From assembly GCA_945904955.1 (NCBI GenBank), contig CAMDPO010000008.1, forward strand, positions 3,177 to 67,176: 64,000 nt of DNA, read 5' to 3'. This document shows, one piece after another, positions 10,175 through 20,800 of this stretch; the first letter of the stretch is position 1, and every line of letters begins with the position of its first letter. Source of the DNA: Rhizobium sp. Q54 (GTDB taxonomy: Bacteria; Pseudomonadota; Alphaproteobacteria; UBA2966; CAIVPW01). The notes below the pieces were generated by a model. The model worked only from the letters and a program-made list of their open reading frames with translations, did not search any database and was not told where the DNA came from. Made by a program: the position numbers and the translations under genes.

Positions 10175-11491
10175 CTAGACCGCGACCTTCTTGATGGCGA
10201 GGCTCTTCAGGTAGGCCATCGGATCCTCGGGATCGAAGACCTTGCCGTCGAACCACGTCTCCTTGCCGCGCGACGTGCTGGTCGGGATCTGGTCCTTGGC
10301 GACGTTCAGGGCGACGGCCGCCTCACGCCACAGGTCCTCGCGGTTGACCTTGTTGACGAGCGCCTTGATGTCGAGCGTCGGCTCGAAGTAGCCCCAGCGC
10401 ATGTCCTCGGTCAGGAACCACGTGTCGTGGCTCTTGAACGGATAGGACGCGTTCTCGTTCCAGTACTTCATGTACTGGGTCGAGTCCTTCACGACGCGGC
10501 CGTCGCCGTAGTCGATCACGCCCACGGCGCGATCCTTAATGTCGGCGACCGGAACATTGAACCACTGGCGGCGGCTGACGATCTCGGCCAGGCCTTCGCG
10601 GTTCTTGTCAGCCCACTGCTGGGCCTCCATGACGGCCATCAAGATGGCCTTGGCCGCCTTCGGATACTTATCGACCCACTCGGCGCGCATGCCGAGGGCC
10701 TTCTCCGGATGGTGCTTCCACAGCTCGCCCGTCATCAGGGCGCTATAGCCGATCTTCTGATTGACGAGCTGATGGTTCCACGGCTCGCCGACGCAGAAGC
10801 ACTCGGTGTTGCCGACCTTCATGTTCGCCACCATCTGCGGCGGCGGCACCACGATCATCGACACGTCCTTGTCGGGGTCGATGCCGCCGGCGGCGAGCCA
10901 GTAGCGCATCCACAAGTCGTGGGTGCCGCCCGGGAAGGTGACGGCGATGTTGACCGCCTCGCCCTTGGCGCGCTTGGCGGCGAACGCCGCCTTGAGCGGC
11001 GAGGAGTCCATCGTCACCTTGAGCGACTTGTATTCCTCGGCGACCGAGATGGCCTGCGCGTCCACGTTCAGGCGCGCCAACAGGTACATCGGCACCGGCA
11101 CGTTGTTGGTCACCTTGCCGGTCGAAATCAGGTAGGGCATCGGCGACAGGATGTGCGCGCCATCGATGCCGTTGCGCTCGCCGCCCAGCACCAGGTTGTC
11201 GCGCGTCGTGCCCCACGAAGCTTGCTTGGAGACCTCGATGTCCGGCATGCCGTACTTGGCGAAGATGCCGTTCTCCTTGGCGATGATCAGCGGCGCAGCA
11301 TCCATCAGCGCGATGTAGCCGAGGATCGCCTTCTTGACCTCGGGGCCGGTTGCTTGCGCGAACACGCCCGAAGGGAATGCGCTGTTCACCGCCGAAACCA
11401 ACGCAGTAGCGCCAGCCAGCTTGGCGGCGCGTGTGACCAACGACCGGCGTGAAACGCTGCGCTGCATGCCCGGACCAATCTTCGTCGTCAT
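10175..11491 (-). CDS. nasF: nitrate ABC transporter periplasmic substrate-binding protein (NrtA/NasF)
   Basis: Tat signal (RRSLVTRAAKLAGATAL) on an NrtA-like body. The start ATG at complement 11491 is preceded by a GGGAGA ribosome-binding site; the longer ORF to 11800 is rejected. Confidence 0.8.
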   Translation of the reverse strand: MTTKIGPGMQRSVSRRSLVTRAAKLAGATALVSAVNSAFPSGVFAQATGPEVKKAILGYIALMDAAPLIIAKENGIFAKYGMPDIEVSKQASWGTTRDNLVLGGERNGIDGAHILSPMPYLISTGKVTNNVPVPMYLLARLNVDAQAISVAEEYKSLKVTMDSSPLKAAFAAKRAKGEAVNIAVTFPGGTHDLWMRYWLAAGGIDPDKDVSMIVVPPPQMVANMKVGNTECFCVGEPWNHQLVNQKIGYSALMTGELWKHHPEKALGMRAEWVDKYPKAAKAILMAVMEAQQWADKNREGLAEIVSRRQWFNVPVADIKDRAVGVIDYGDGRVVKDSTQYMKYWNENASYPFKSHDTWFLTEDMRWGYFEPTLDIKALVNKVNREDLWREAAVALNVAKDQIPTSTSRGKETWFDGKVFDPEDPMAYLKSLAIKKVAV

Positions 11492-11532
11492 CGATGCAAT
11501 CTCCCTTCGTGCCCCTCTGCCGGGCGCCCATA

Positions 11533-11578
11533 AGAAACGTCGCGCGTTCGGAGGTTTGCTCCGCGCCGTCCACGCGAC
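11533..11578 (-). terminator. terminator-like hairpin plus U-tract in the nasF leader (possible NasT antitermination target)
   Basis: On the minus strand, gtcgcg...ggag-caaac-ctcc...cgcgac folds as a nested hairpin followed by GUUUCUU, about 45 nt upstream of the nasF ribosome-binding site. Confidence 0.3.
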
Positions 11579-11684
11579 ACCGTTGTCGTGGGGGACCGCC
11601 GTTGGCCCGATGGTTCGCGACACGCCGCGAGAGCAGCAGGTCACGACATCATTGCCGTGGGCCGCGCTGCTCACCCTCCCAATA

Positions 11685-11699
11685 GCAAGGGCGGTGCCA
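11685..11699 (-). promoter_or_regulatory. candidate sigma-54 (-24/-12) promoter for the nasF operon
   Basis: The minus strand reads TTGGCAC-CGCCC-TTGCT, which matches TGGCAC-N5-TTGC exactly. It sits about 190 nt upstream of the nasF ATG. Confidence 0.45.
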
Positions 11700-11820
11700 A
11701 CCGGACGGCGGCAAAAAGTAATTTTGGGACAAGCACTTACGCGGCCTGCGACGGGCCGTCGCAGGCTCGCGCAGCCTATTCTTTGGGCGAGCGGCTGCAC
11801 ACTGCCTACAGCGTGGGCAG

Positions 11821-12399
11821 TTAGCGTTTCAGCAGATCGGCGACCGACACCACTGACTGCGCGACGTCGGCAATCTTGCGGCCGCGGTCCATCGCTTCCT
11901 TGCGCAGCGCCTTGTAGGCGTCGTCCTCGGACAGCGAACGCTGTTGCATGAGGATGCCTTTGGCACGGTCGATGACTTTGCGCTCGGCGAGGTTGGCGCG
12001 CGCGGTCTCGAGCTCGACCCGTGTTGCTTCGGTTGCCTGAAAGCGGGCGATGGCGACATCGAGGATGGCGCGCACGCGTTGCGGCGCGAGGCCCGCCACC
12101 ACGAGCGAGCTCACGCCCGCGGCGATCGCGTCGCGCATGGTGGTGTCGTCGGCACGATCGACGAACACGACGACGGGCCGCGGCGCCTCCTTGGTGGCGA
12201 CGCGCAGCTCATCGATGGTGCGGCGATCGAGCGCTTCGGTGGCGAGGATGGCCGCATCGGGCTTACTGCGCCGCAGCGTCATGGCGAGGTCGGCCAGCGG
12301 CGCCAGCACGACCGTGTCGCCGTTATCCTCGAGGCTGCCCTGTAGCGTCTTGGCGCGGGCGGCGTCGGCGTCGGCGATCAGGATGTGCAACGGGGCCAT
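11821..12399 (-). CDS. nasT: nitrate-responsive antitermination regulator (receiver plus ANTAR domain)
   Basis: N-terminal receiver domain (ILIADAD...) and a C-terminal ANTAR motif (ANLAERKVIDRAKGILMQQRSLSEDDAYKALRKEAM). It lies directly upstream of the nas operon. Confidence 0.8.
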   Translation of the reverse strand: MAPLHILIADADAARAKTLQGSLEDNGDTVVLAPLADLAMTLRRSKPDAAILATEALDRRTIDELRVATKEAPRPVVVFVDRADDTTMRDAIAAGVSSLVVAGLAPQRVRAILDVAIARFQATEATRVELETARANLAERKVIDRAKGILMQQRSLSEDDAYKALRKEAMDRGRKIADVAQSVVSVADLLKR

Positions 12400-12578
12400 C
12401 GTTGGGTGCTGCAAATGAAACTACGTCGCCCGCAGCGTGAGCGCCGCGCGCCGTCGGGATTTAGCAATCGCTATGCCAGCGCAAACGCGCAGGAACGCTG
12501 GTGGTTCCGCGCGCGAGCGACGCTTGTGCTGAAATTGTGGGCGGCCACTGATCGTGGCCGCGCCAACTACGACGCGCG

Positions 12579-13259
12579 TTAGCGCGCGGCTGCCACCACG
12601 ACCGGCAGGACTTCGCCGACCCGCGCGCCCTCGGTATACGCCTTGGCCGTCGCTTGGATGGAGGCGCGAGTCGTTGCGGCGACCGTGGTCGCCTCTGCCA
12701 TCTGTGCTTCGGTCAGTAGCGGCCATGCCGCAGCCAGTAGCGCATCGATCTGGGCGCCGAGCTGGGCATCGGCGCCGTTGCGGGCGACGGTGAGCCACGT
12801 GTAGGCGACGGCAGCGTCACTGGCCGCGCCGACACTGAGGAACGTGCGGACACCGAGCAAGTACTGCGCGCGAACGTGACCGCCGTAGGCGGCAGCGCGG
12901 TAGAGATCGGTCGCCCTAGTTGCGGCACCGTCCTGCGCCAAGCCGAACTTGTCGGCATTGGCATAGATAAGAGCCAGATTGTACTGGGCCATCGGATGGC
13001 CGAAGTCGGCGACCGTGCCGAGCAGCTCGATGCCCTTGGGAATGTCGCGGGGCACGCCGTTGCCGGAGATGTACATGAACGCGAGGTTGTTCACGCCGGC
13101 CGGATTGCCGGTGCGGGCCATGTCGGCCCACAAGGTGGAGGCGCCGGTGAAGTCACCCTGTCGCAAAGCGGTGACGCCGGTGGTTACGTCGTCTGCTTGG
13201 GAGGGAAAGGCGACGCAACCAAGCCAAAGAGCAACAACTAAACGGACAAAGATATTCAC
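12579..13259 (-). CDS. secreted Sel1/TPR-like repeat protein
   Basis: Signal peptide followed by repeated Sel1-like units (NNLAFMYISGNGVPRD, AQYNLALIYANADKFG). Confidence 0.55.
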   Translation of the reverse strand: MNIFVRLVVALWLGCVAFPSQADDVTTGVTALRQGDFTGASTLWADMARTGNPAGVNNLAFMYISGNGVPRDIPKGIELLGTVADFGHPMAQYNLALIYANADKFGLAQDGAATRATDLYRAAAYGGHVRAQYLLGVRTFLSVGAASDAAVAYTWLTVARNGADAQLGAQIDALLAAAWPLLTEAQMAEATTVAATTRASIQATAKAYTEGARVGEVLPVVVAAAR

Positions 13260-13389
13260 GGGCAGCCTCCATCAACAAAGATGAGGCTCACGTGTTCCGT
13301 TCCCGCGCCGTTCCGGCGAACGTCATGTAAAGGCGTGTAAAACCGGCGCAAGATCGGTCAAGATCAGAACCTTCCCCGAGAAAGAAGCC

Positions 13390-14091
13390 TTGGCCGCCAA
13401 GACTCACCTCCTCATCGTCGAAGACGACGAACTGGTTCGGTCCCTGATCGAGGCGTTCCTGCGCGAGCGCGGCTACCGCATCACCGCGGTCGGCAGCGGC
13501 GCCGCGATGCGCGCGGTGCTGGCGCGCGAGTCGATCGACCTCCTGCTGTTGGACCTTGGTCTGCCGGACGAAGACGGCATCGCCCTGGCGCGGCAATTCC
13601 GTTCGTCACGCCAGACACCGATGATGATCCTGACGGCGCGCGGAGGGCGCGACGACCGCCTGGCGGCGCTCGAGATCGGCGCCGACGACTACTTGGTGAA
13701 GCCGTTCGATCCGCAAGAGATGGCGCTGCGCATCGGCAACCTGGTCGCGCGTGCCAAGGGTGGCGAGGTCGACGGCAAGTCGGTCGCCATTGCTTTCGGG
13801 GGCTTCCGCTTCGACGCGCGCAATCGCACCCTCATCGACGGCGACGGCAAAGCGGTGCAGTTGACGCCAGCCGAGTTCGCCATGCTGGCGGCCTTCACCA
13901 AGGCGCCGGGACGCGTGCTGAGCCGCGACTTCCTGCTCGATGCGATCTCGCGCGGCGGCGATTCGCCGGGCGAGCGCGTGGTGGACGTGGTGGTGGGCCG
14001 CCTGCGCAAGAAGCTCGGCGACGATCCCCGCAACCCGCAGCTGATCAAGACGGTGACAGGCTTCGGCTACCTGCTGCAGACGGACACGTAA
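13390..14091 (+). CDS. OmpR-family response regulator (orphan)
   Basis: Receiver domain (LLIVEDDELV...LLLLDLGLPDEDG...KPFDPQE) plus a winged-helix output (LTPAEFAMLAAF...TVTGFGYLL). No histidine kinase gene is adjacent. Confidence 0.8.
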   Translation: MAAKTHLLIVEDDELVRSLIEAFLRERGYRITAVGSGAAMRAVLARESIDLLLLDLGLPDEDGIALARQFRSSRQTPMMILTARGGRDDRLAALEIGADDYLVKPFDPQEMALRIGNLVARAKGGEVDGKSVAIAFGGFRFDARNRTLIDGDGKAVQLTPAEFAMLAAFTKAPGRVLSRDFLLDAISRGGDSPGERVVDVVVGRLRKKLGDDPRNPQLIKTVTGFGYLLQTDT

Positions 14092-14098
14092 GAGTCGA

Positions 14099-14668
14099 TC
14101 AGTCCTTCGCGCGCTCCGAATAGCTGCCATCGACCGTCATCACGACGATGCGGGTGCCGACGTTGATATGCGGCGGCACCATGGTGCGCATGCCGTTCGA
14201 CAAGACGGCGGGCTTGTACGACGACGCTGAAGTCTGGCCCTTCACGGTCGGCTCGGTCTCGAGCACTTCGAGGGTGACGCGCTGTGGCAACTCGTAGCCG
14301 ACGGCGATGCCTTCGTGCAGGCTCAGGAACACCTTCATCTCAGGCTGCAGGTAGACGGAGTCATCGCCGATGAGGTCCGCTGGCAACGTCACCTGCTCGT
14401 AGTTCGAGGTGTTCATGAAGTAGAAGCCGTCGCCGTCGCCGTAGAGGAAGGTGTGCTCCTTCTCCTCGACGTGGGCGCGCTCGACCTGTTCGGTGGTGCG
14501 CCAGCGCTCGGCGATCTTGACGCCGTCGCTCAGACGCCGGGCGTCGATCTGGGTGACCGGGGTGCCCTTGCCGGGATGGATGTTCTCGGCCGTCAGGATG
14601 ACGTAGAGCTTGCCCTCCAGGTCGATGATGTTGCCCTTGCGAAGCGAGCTGGCGATGACTTTAACCAC
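14099..14668 (-). CDS. efp: elongation factor P
   Basis: 189 aa. It carries the conserved PGKG loop that holds the modified Lys34, which is the beta-lysylation-type EF-P. Confidence 0.9.
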   Translation of the reverse strand: MVKVIASSLRKGNIIDLEGKLYVILTAENIHPGKGTPVTQIDARRLSDGVKIAERWRTTEQVERAHVEEKEHTFLYGDGDGFYFMNTSNYEQVTLPADLIGDDSVYLQPEMKVFLSLHEGIAVGYELPQRVTLEVLETEPTVKGQTSASSYKPAVLSNGMRTMVPPHINVGTRIVVMTVDGSYSERAKD

Positions 14669-14742
14669 GATTGGCTCCCGGCCTTATCCGTGCGTTTCGG
14701 CGCCGCACGATACTGATCCTGGCGCGCACCGCCAGTGCTTTG

Positions 14743-15801
14743 ATGGCTGACCGGCGCATCTCCCCTGGCGCCGCCCGTCCCTCCCCGTGGTGGGACAGGG
14801 ATCGCCATGCCGACCGTAGGCCCTTCCTTTTGGCCCGGGCACGCATAGCCACGGCCGTTCGCAGCTTCTTTGCCGAGCGCGGATTCCTCGAGGTGGACCC
14901 CGCCGCCCTCGCCGCCTCGCCCGGCAACGAGACCCACCTGCATGCGTTCCAAACCGAGGCGACGGACGAGGGCGGAGAGCGCCGCAGCCTCTACCTGCAC
15001 ACATCGCCCGAGTTCGCCTGCAAGAAGCTGCTCGCCGCCGGGGAGCGGCGCATCTTCAGCTTCGGCCATGCGTTCCGGAACCGCGAGCGCGGGGCGTTGC
15101 ACCATCCCGAATTCACGATGCTCGAGTGGTACCGCGCCGAGGAGCCCTACGACACGATCATCGCCGACACCATCAGCCTGGTGCAGAGCGTGGCGCGGGC
15201 GGCGCCGGCGATCTCGCTGCGGCACCGCGAGCGCAGCCTCGACCCGTTCCAGCTTGCGGAGCGCATCACCGTCGCGACCGCGTTCGCGCAGCATGCCAAC
15301 ATCGATCTGACCGCGTGCGCCGAACGCGCTGCCTTCGCCGCGGCGGCGCAGCGCGCGGGCGTGTCGGTCGCGGCAGACGACACCTGGAGCGACATCTTCA
15401 GCAAAGTGCTGGTCGCCAAGGTCGAGCCACGCTTGGGCGATGGACGCCTATGCGTTCTCGACGAGTATCCGGTGAGCGAAGCCGCCCTGGCGCGGCCGAA
15501 GCCGAAGGATCCGCACGTTGCCGAACGCTTCGAGATCTTTGGCTGTGGCGTCGAGCTCGCCAACGGCTTCGGGGAGCTCACCGACGCGGTCGAGCAGCGC
15601 CGACGCTTTGGCGAGGCGATGGCCGAGAAAGAGCGGCGCTACGGCGAGCGTTATCCGTTGGATGAGGATTTCCTCGCCGCGCTGGGCGCAATGCCGCCCG
15701 CAAGCGGCGTCGCGCTCGGCTTCGACCGCTTGGTGATGCTGGCTACCGGTGCGGCCAGGATCGACGACGTGGTCTGGACCCCGGTGCCCGACCATGCTTA
15801 G
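14743..15801 (+). CDS. epmA: EF-P-lysine lysyltransferase (PoxA/GenX, class II aaRS-like)
   Basis: Truncated LysRS-like catalytic-core motifs (FRNRERGALHHPEFTMLEWY, GVALGFDRLVML). I chose the start at MADRR. Confidence 0.75.
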   Translation: MADRRISPGAARPSPWWDRDRHADRRPFLLARARIATAVRSFFAERGFLEVDPAALAASPGNETHLHAFQTEATDEGGERRSLYLHTSPEFACKKLLAAGERRIFSFGHAFRNRERGALHHPEFTMLEWYRAEEPYDTIIADTISLVQSVARAAPAISLRHRERSLDPFQLAERITVATAFAQHANIDLTACAERAAFAAAAQRAGVSVAADDTWSDIFSKVLVAKVEPRLGDGRLCVLDEYPVSEAALARPKPKDPHVAERFEIFGCGVELANGFGELTDAVEQRRRFGEAMAEKERRYGERYPLDEDFLAALGAMPPASGVALGFDRLVMLATGAARIDDVVWTPVPDHA

Positions 15802-15810
15802 TGCGCCGCC

Positions 15811-16890
15811 ATGAGTACCCCGAAGACCCTGCGCTCGGTGCCGGCCCTCGCCGCCGCCGGCCTTGTCGCCGCCGAGGATCGCGCTGCACTGGCAGAGGTC
15901 GCGGCGCGCTATGCCGTCGCCATCACACCCGCGATGGTCGACCTGATCGATCCGTCCGATCCGAACGATCCGATCGCGCGACAGTTCGTTCCGGACGCAG
16001 CCGAGCTCAAGACGGAGCTCGATGAATCCGATGATCCGATCGGGGACGAGCGTCACAGCCCGGTCGCCGGCATCGTCCACCGCTATCCGGATCGCGTGCT
16101 GCTCAAGCTTGTCCTGGTGTGCTCGGTGTACTGTCGCTTCTGTTTCCGCCGCGCCATGGTCGGCCCCGGCAAGGCGCAGACGCTCAGCACGGCGGAGATC
16201 GACGCGGCCCTAGCCTACGTGCGCGACAACCCGGGTATCTGGGAGGTCATCCTCACCGGAGGCGATCCGCTTGTCATGTCCCCGGCGCGCATGCGCCGCG
16301 TTCTGGAGACGCTCGCCACCATCGACCACGTGAAGGTGGTGCGCGTGCACACGCGCATCCCGGTGGTCGAGCCGGACCGCATCAACGCGACGCTCGTGGC
16401 GGCGCTGCGCGCCTCCGGCAAAGCCACCTATGTCGTGCTGCACGCCAACCACGCGCGCGAGCTGACGCCGGCGGCCACCGCGGCCTGCGCGCGACTGGTC
16501 GACGCCGGCATACCGATGCTGAGCCAGTCGGTGCTGCTGCGCGGCGTCAACGACGACGCGGCGACGCTTGAGGCGCTGATGCGCCGCCTGGTCGAGGCGC
16601 GGGTCAAGCCGTACTACCTGCACCATGCCGACCTCGCGCCGGGCACGGCGCACATGCGTACGCGCATCGAGGAGGGCCGGGACCTGCTGCGCCACCTGCA
16701 GCGCAGGGCCTCGGGGCTGTGTCAGCCCGCCTATGTGCTCGATATTCCGGGTGGTCACGGCAAGGTGCCGGTGGGGCCGTCCTACCTGCAGCCGGACATC
16801 GAGCCGGACTGCTATGTGGTCGCGGACCAGAACGGCCGCAGCCACCGCTACGCCGACACAGCCCAGCCGCGTCGCGGTCGCAAGCGCTAG
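15811..16890 (+). CDS. epmB: EF-P beta-lysylation lysine 2,3-aminomutase (KamA family)
   Basis: Radical-SAM CSVYCRFCFRR motif with KamA-like architecture. It is adjacent to epmA and efp. Confidence 0.8.
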   Translation: MSTPKTLRSVPALAAAGLVAAEDRAALAEVAARYAVAITPAMVDLIDPSDPNDPIARQFVPDAAELKTELDESDDPIGDERHSPVAGIVHRYPDRVLLKLVLVCSVYCRFCFRRAMVGPGKAQTLSTAEIDAALAYVRDNPGIWEVILTGGDPLVMSPARMRRVLETLATIDHVKVVRVHTRIPVVEPDRINATLVAALRASGKATYVVLHANHARELTPAATAACARLVDAGIPMLSQSVLLRGVNDDAATLEALMRRLVEARVKPYYLHHADLAPGTAHMRTRIEEGRDLLRHLQRRASGLCQPAYVLDIPGGHGKVPVGPSYLQPDIEPDCYVVADQNGRSHRYADTAQPRRGRKR

Positions 16891-16950
16891 GCAACTCGCC
16901 GCAGCAGCGCCGTTCGGCGCCGCCGCGGGAGTGACTCGGTCAAACCGAAG

Positions 16951-17430
16951 TTAGAGAGCCGCCGCCTTGAGGGCGGGGATCAGCTGGCCGCCGATCTCGG
17001 TCGGCACGGTGGCGATGTTGTCCTCGTCGGACTGGAACACCGTCGCCCACAGCTGCTTGCCGTCCTTGGCGTCGAACAGCTTGAGGTCGAAGCGGAACGC
17101 GTGGCTGCCGGCAGTGACGCCGCCCATCAGCACGTAGCGGACCTTCATAGCGGCGCCGGCTTCTTGCGGCGTCATGGTCTTGGTGGCCACTGCCTCCATC
17201 AGCGCGTCGTCGGCGACGCGGAGCGCGGCGTCCTTACGAAGCACGCTGGAAATCGGCGTCCACTGGGTACCGGCCCAATGGGCGCCTTCTTCATTGACAC
17301 CCGTAAGGATGACGCCAACGGAACGGTCGTTTGCGACCTGGGCTCCCGCCGTCGAAGCGACGAGGGAGAGGAAGAGCGACGCCAGCAATACGCCGACGGT
17401 GCGCCCGAGCTTGATTATGGGATTGCGCAT
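16951..17430 (-). CDS. hypothetical secreted protein
   Basis: Signal peptide (MRNPIIKLGRTVGVLLASLFLSLVASTAGAQ) and high GC3. No family recognised. Confidence 0.4.
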   Translation of the reverse strand: MRNPIIKLGRTVGVLLASLFLSLVASTAGAQVANDRSVGVILTGVNEEGAHWAGTQWTPISSVLRKDAALRVADDALMEAVATKTMTPQEAGAAMKVRYVLMGGVTAGSHAFRFDLKLFDAKDGKQLWATVFQSDEDNIATVPTEIGGQLIPALKAAAL

Positions 17431-17818
17431 GGGCGCGGATGTTCCTGGAGAGCCACCGTTCAAGTCAAGTGCTGGAGTCGGCCGGACGCCGCACGCCTAC
17501 CGCGGCCGCCATCGACGCCGGCGGCGGTTGCTGCCCGGCAGGGATTGCCGCGCGGCAGAGTCTGCCTCCCCTGAGCGCTCGGTAATCCGCTGTATTGACA
17601 CGACTTTTCGTCCGCATCGGGCGGCCTCCTCCTTGCACCCGATCGACGACCGCACAGGCCTGCCCATGGGGATGGGGACCTGCGGCGACGGCTGAGCCCA
17701 GAAGCCGAATTCGCGACGGGACTGCACGCGGCCGCCTAGCCGAGCACAGCCCCTAGACGCCCTGTTCTCGTGATGCCCGTGGAGTCGCCTGCTCCACGTC
17801 GCTCGCGGCGGAGCAGCC

Positions 17819-20800
17819 ATGCCCGGCGTCGGCGTTCTTTTTTCGCGTTTCGGGGGTCAACACATGACGAGCTTGCAATTCACTCACGGCGCCGCGTCCA
17901 GCATCGCCAACGGCATCAGCGGCGGCGGCTACGAGCTCAACGGCCTGCACACCAACAGCGGCGGCAACTATCTGTCGCTCGCGCGCGATCCGCTCCTGTT
18001 CGGACAGGACCAGCTGTCGATGGGCGTGGCGTTCAAGGCCGCGACCGCCGGCAAGGGCGGAACGCTTTTCAAGATTCACACGGCGCTGCAGATCGACATC
18101 GGCAACGACGGTCAGGTCACGTTCAACCTGATGGGCAACAGCGCCGCCGAAAAGGGCGTGATCAAGTCGAGCGGCCTGACGACGGCCGATGGCGGCTGGC
18201 ATCACTTGGCGCTGTCGTACGACGCGGTCGCTGGCGCGATGATCGGCTACGTCGACGGCGTCGCGGTCGGTCAGATCGCGGTGAGCGCGGCGACCAAGGT
18301 TGCCGAAGCGTGGGATCCCACGTTCGGTGATCAGTGGGGCAAGGGTTTCGCCGGCACCATCGATAACCTCGAGATTCACGGAACGCCGCTCACGGCGCCG
18401 CAAGCAGCGGCGCAATACCAGGCGGTCCTGCAACAGCTCGACGTGGCGCCGCCACAGCTGGTGCGCCTGACGTTCGACAACGGCGCCATCGCCGACACCT
18501 CGGGCAACAACCTCACTGTGACGGCAGGCAAGGTCGAGAGCATCAGCGACGGCGCCTACTACCTGAACGGCAAGGCGACCGCCGAGGGCGGCAACCACAT
18601 CGCCCTCGCCCGGCACGCTTCGCTGTTCACGAAGGACGAGTTCACCCTGTCCATCGACTTCAAGTCGGCGGACGCCGGCGTCGGCGGCTCCTTGTTCCGC
18701 ATGCACACGGCCATGCAGGTGGACGTCACCGCAGCCGGCGACGTCTTCATGCGCCTGGTCAAGAACGCGGCAGGGGAAAGCGGTCAGATCAAAGCCGTGG
18801 CGCGCGTCGCCGACGGTGAGTGGCACAATGTGACGGTCAGCTACGACGTGGCGGCCGGCAAGATGACCGGCTACGTCGACGGCGTCGCCTACGGCACGAT
18901 CAACGTGTCGGCGCCGACACTGGCGGCTGCGTTCTGGGACCCGATGGTCGGCAGCCCGTGGGCCGGCGGCTTCCGCGGTTTCGTTGACAACGTCACGATG
19001 ACGGACGCGGCCTTGCCGCCCACCATCAATCCCAAGCCCGTGGCCGGCGCCGACATGGCGCACATGCGCGAGAACACCTCGCTCACCCTGACGGCGGAGA
19101 AGCTGCTCGCCAACGATCATGACCCGCAGGGCCAGGCGTTGAGCATCACCGACGTGAAGATGGCCTCCGGCCAGGGCACGGTGGCGCTGGTCGACGGCAA
19201 TGTGGTGTTCACTCCAAATGCCGACTGGCACGGCGTCGCGACGGTGGAGTACACGCTGCGCGACGCGATGCGCGCCAAGGACACCGGCGTGGTGCGCATC
19301 GAGGTGGCGCCGACCGACGCGGACGCACCCGTCGCTCCGCTGGCCTTCGCGAGCGCCATGACCAGCGGCGAGACGATCATCGTTGGCAGTTCGGCCGAGC
19401 TGCTCGCGGCGCTGCGGGGCGTGCACGGCGGCGAGACGATCCTGCTGCGCTCGGGCGTCGACTACAAGGCGATCGTGACCGGCGTGCCTGCGCATGCAGC
19501 ACAGGTGACAGTCACTTCGCTCGATCCGAACGACCCCGCCACCATCGTCGGCCTCGATCTGCGCGCGGTCACCAACGTCACGTTCTCAAATCTGCGCTTC
19601 GCATTCGAAGGAACGCCGGTCCAGTGGCAGACCGACGTCGTCGTCAGCGGTGGCGACGGCATCCGCTTCGCGCACAACGTCTTCAAGGGCGTTGCCGAGG
19701 GCTACGTGCCGGTCGGCACCAGCACTGCCGAGAGCATGATGTCGGTGACGAACACCAAGAATTTCGTGTTCGAGCACAACGAGGTCAGCAACTTCTTCCA
19801 CGGCATCGGCGTCGGCAAATCGGAAAACGTGATTATCCGCGACAACGACATCCATGAACTGCAGGGCGACGGCCTGCGCTTCTCGCAAATGAAGAGCGTG
19901 CTCATCGAGAACAATCGCCTGCACGACTTCCTCGGCTCGGACGCGGCCGTGAACCACAACGACTACATTCAGTTCTGGACCGCGAGCACGACGGCGCCCA
20001 GCACCGACATCGTCATCCGCGGCAATGTCCTCCTGAGCGGCGACTACCAGCCGCAGGCGATCTTCCTCCGCGACGATCAGGGCGATGCGGGCGTGACCGG
20101 TCTGCGCTACCAGCGCGTCACGATCGAGGACAACGTCATCTACAACAGCAACGCCCACGCCATCACGACGATCGGCGCGGACGGCCTCACCATCCGCGGC
20201 AATACGATCCTGGAGCACCCGGCCGGCAGCGCCATCTCGGCCATCAACGTGACCAAGGCCACCGGAGTCGTCGTGTACGACAACGTTGCGCCGCGCATCG
20301 AGGTCGGCGCCACCAACCAGGTCACCCGCCTCGACGGCAACGTCGTGGTGCAGGACGCCTACGCGATCAACCCGGGCTATGTCCCCGACCTGTTCGTCAA
20401 TCCGACGCAAGGCACCGGCATCAGCCTCGACGACCTGTTCGTCCGGCCGGACGGTGCCTTGGTGCGTGCCGACGGCAGCGCGGTGGGCTCGGACCTGCTC
20501 CATCCCGGCGCAACGCCCGACCAACTGACGGCCGTGTTCACCGCTGCCGCGAGCCGCGGCGCCGACGGACGCACCACGCTGTCCTTCGATGCCAGCCACA
20601 CCGCCAACCAGGACGGCTACGTCCACGGCAACCACGCCACGTTCTTGTGGGACTTCGGCGACGGCAAGACCGAAACCGGCCGCTTCGACAGCCACACCTA
20701 CGCCAAGGCCGGCGACTACCAGGTCCTGCTCACGGTCTTCCACAATGACGGCAGCACCGACACCGCCCGGCTGCACGCCAGCATCAAGCCTGAGCTGGCA

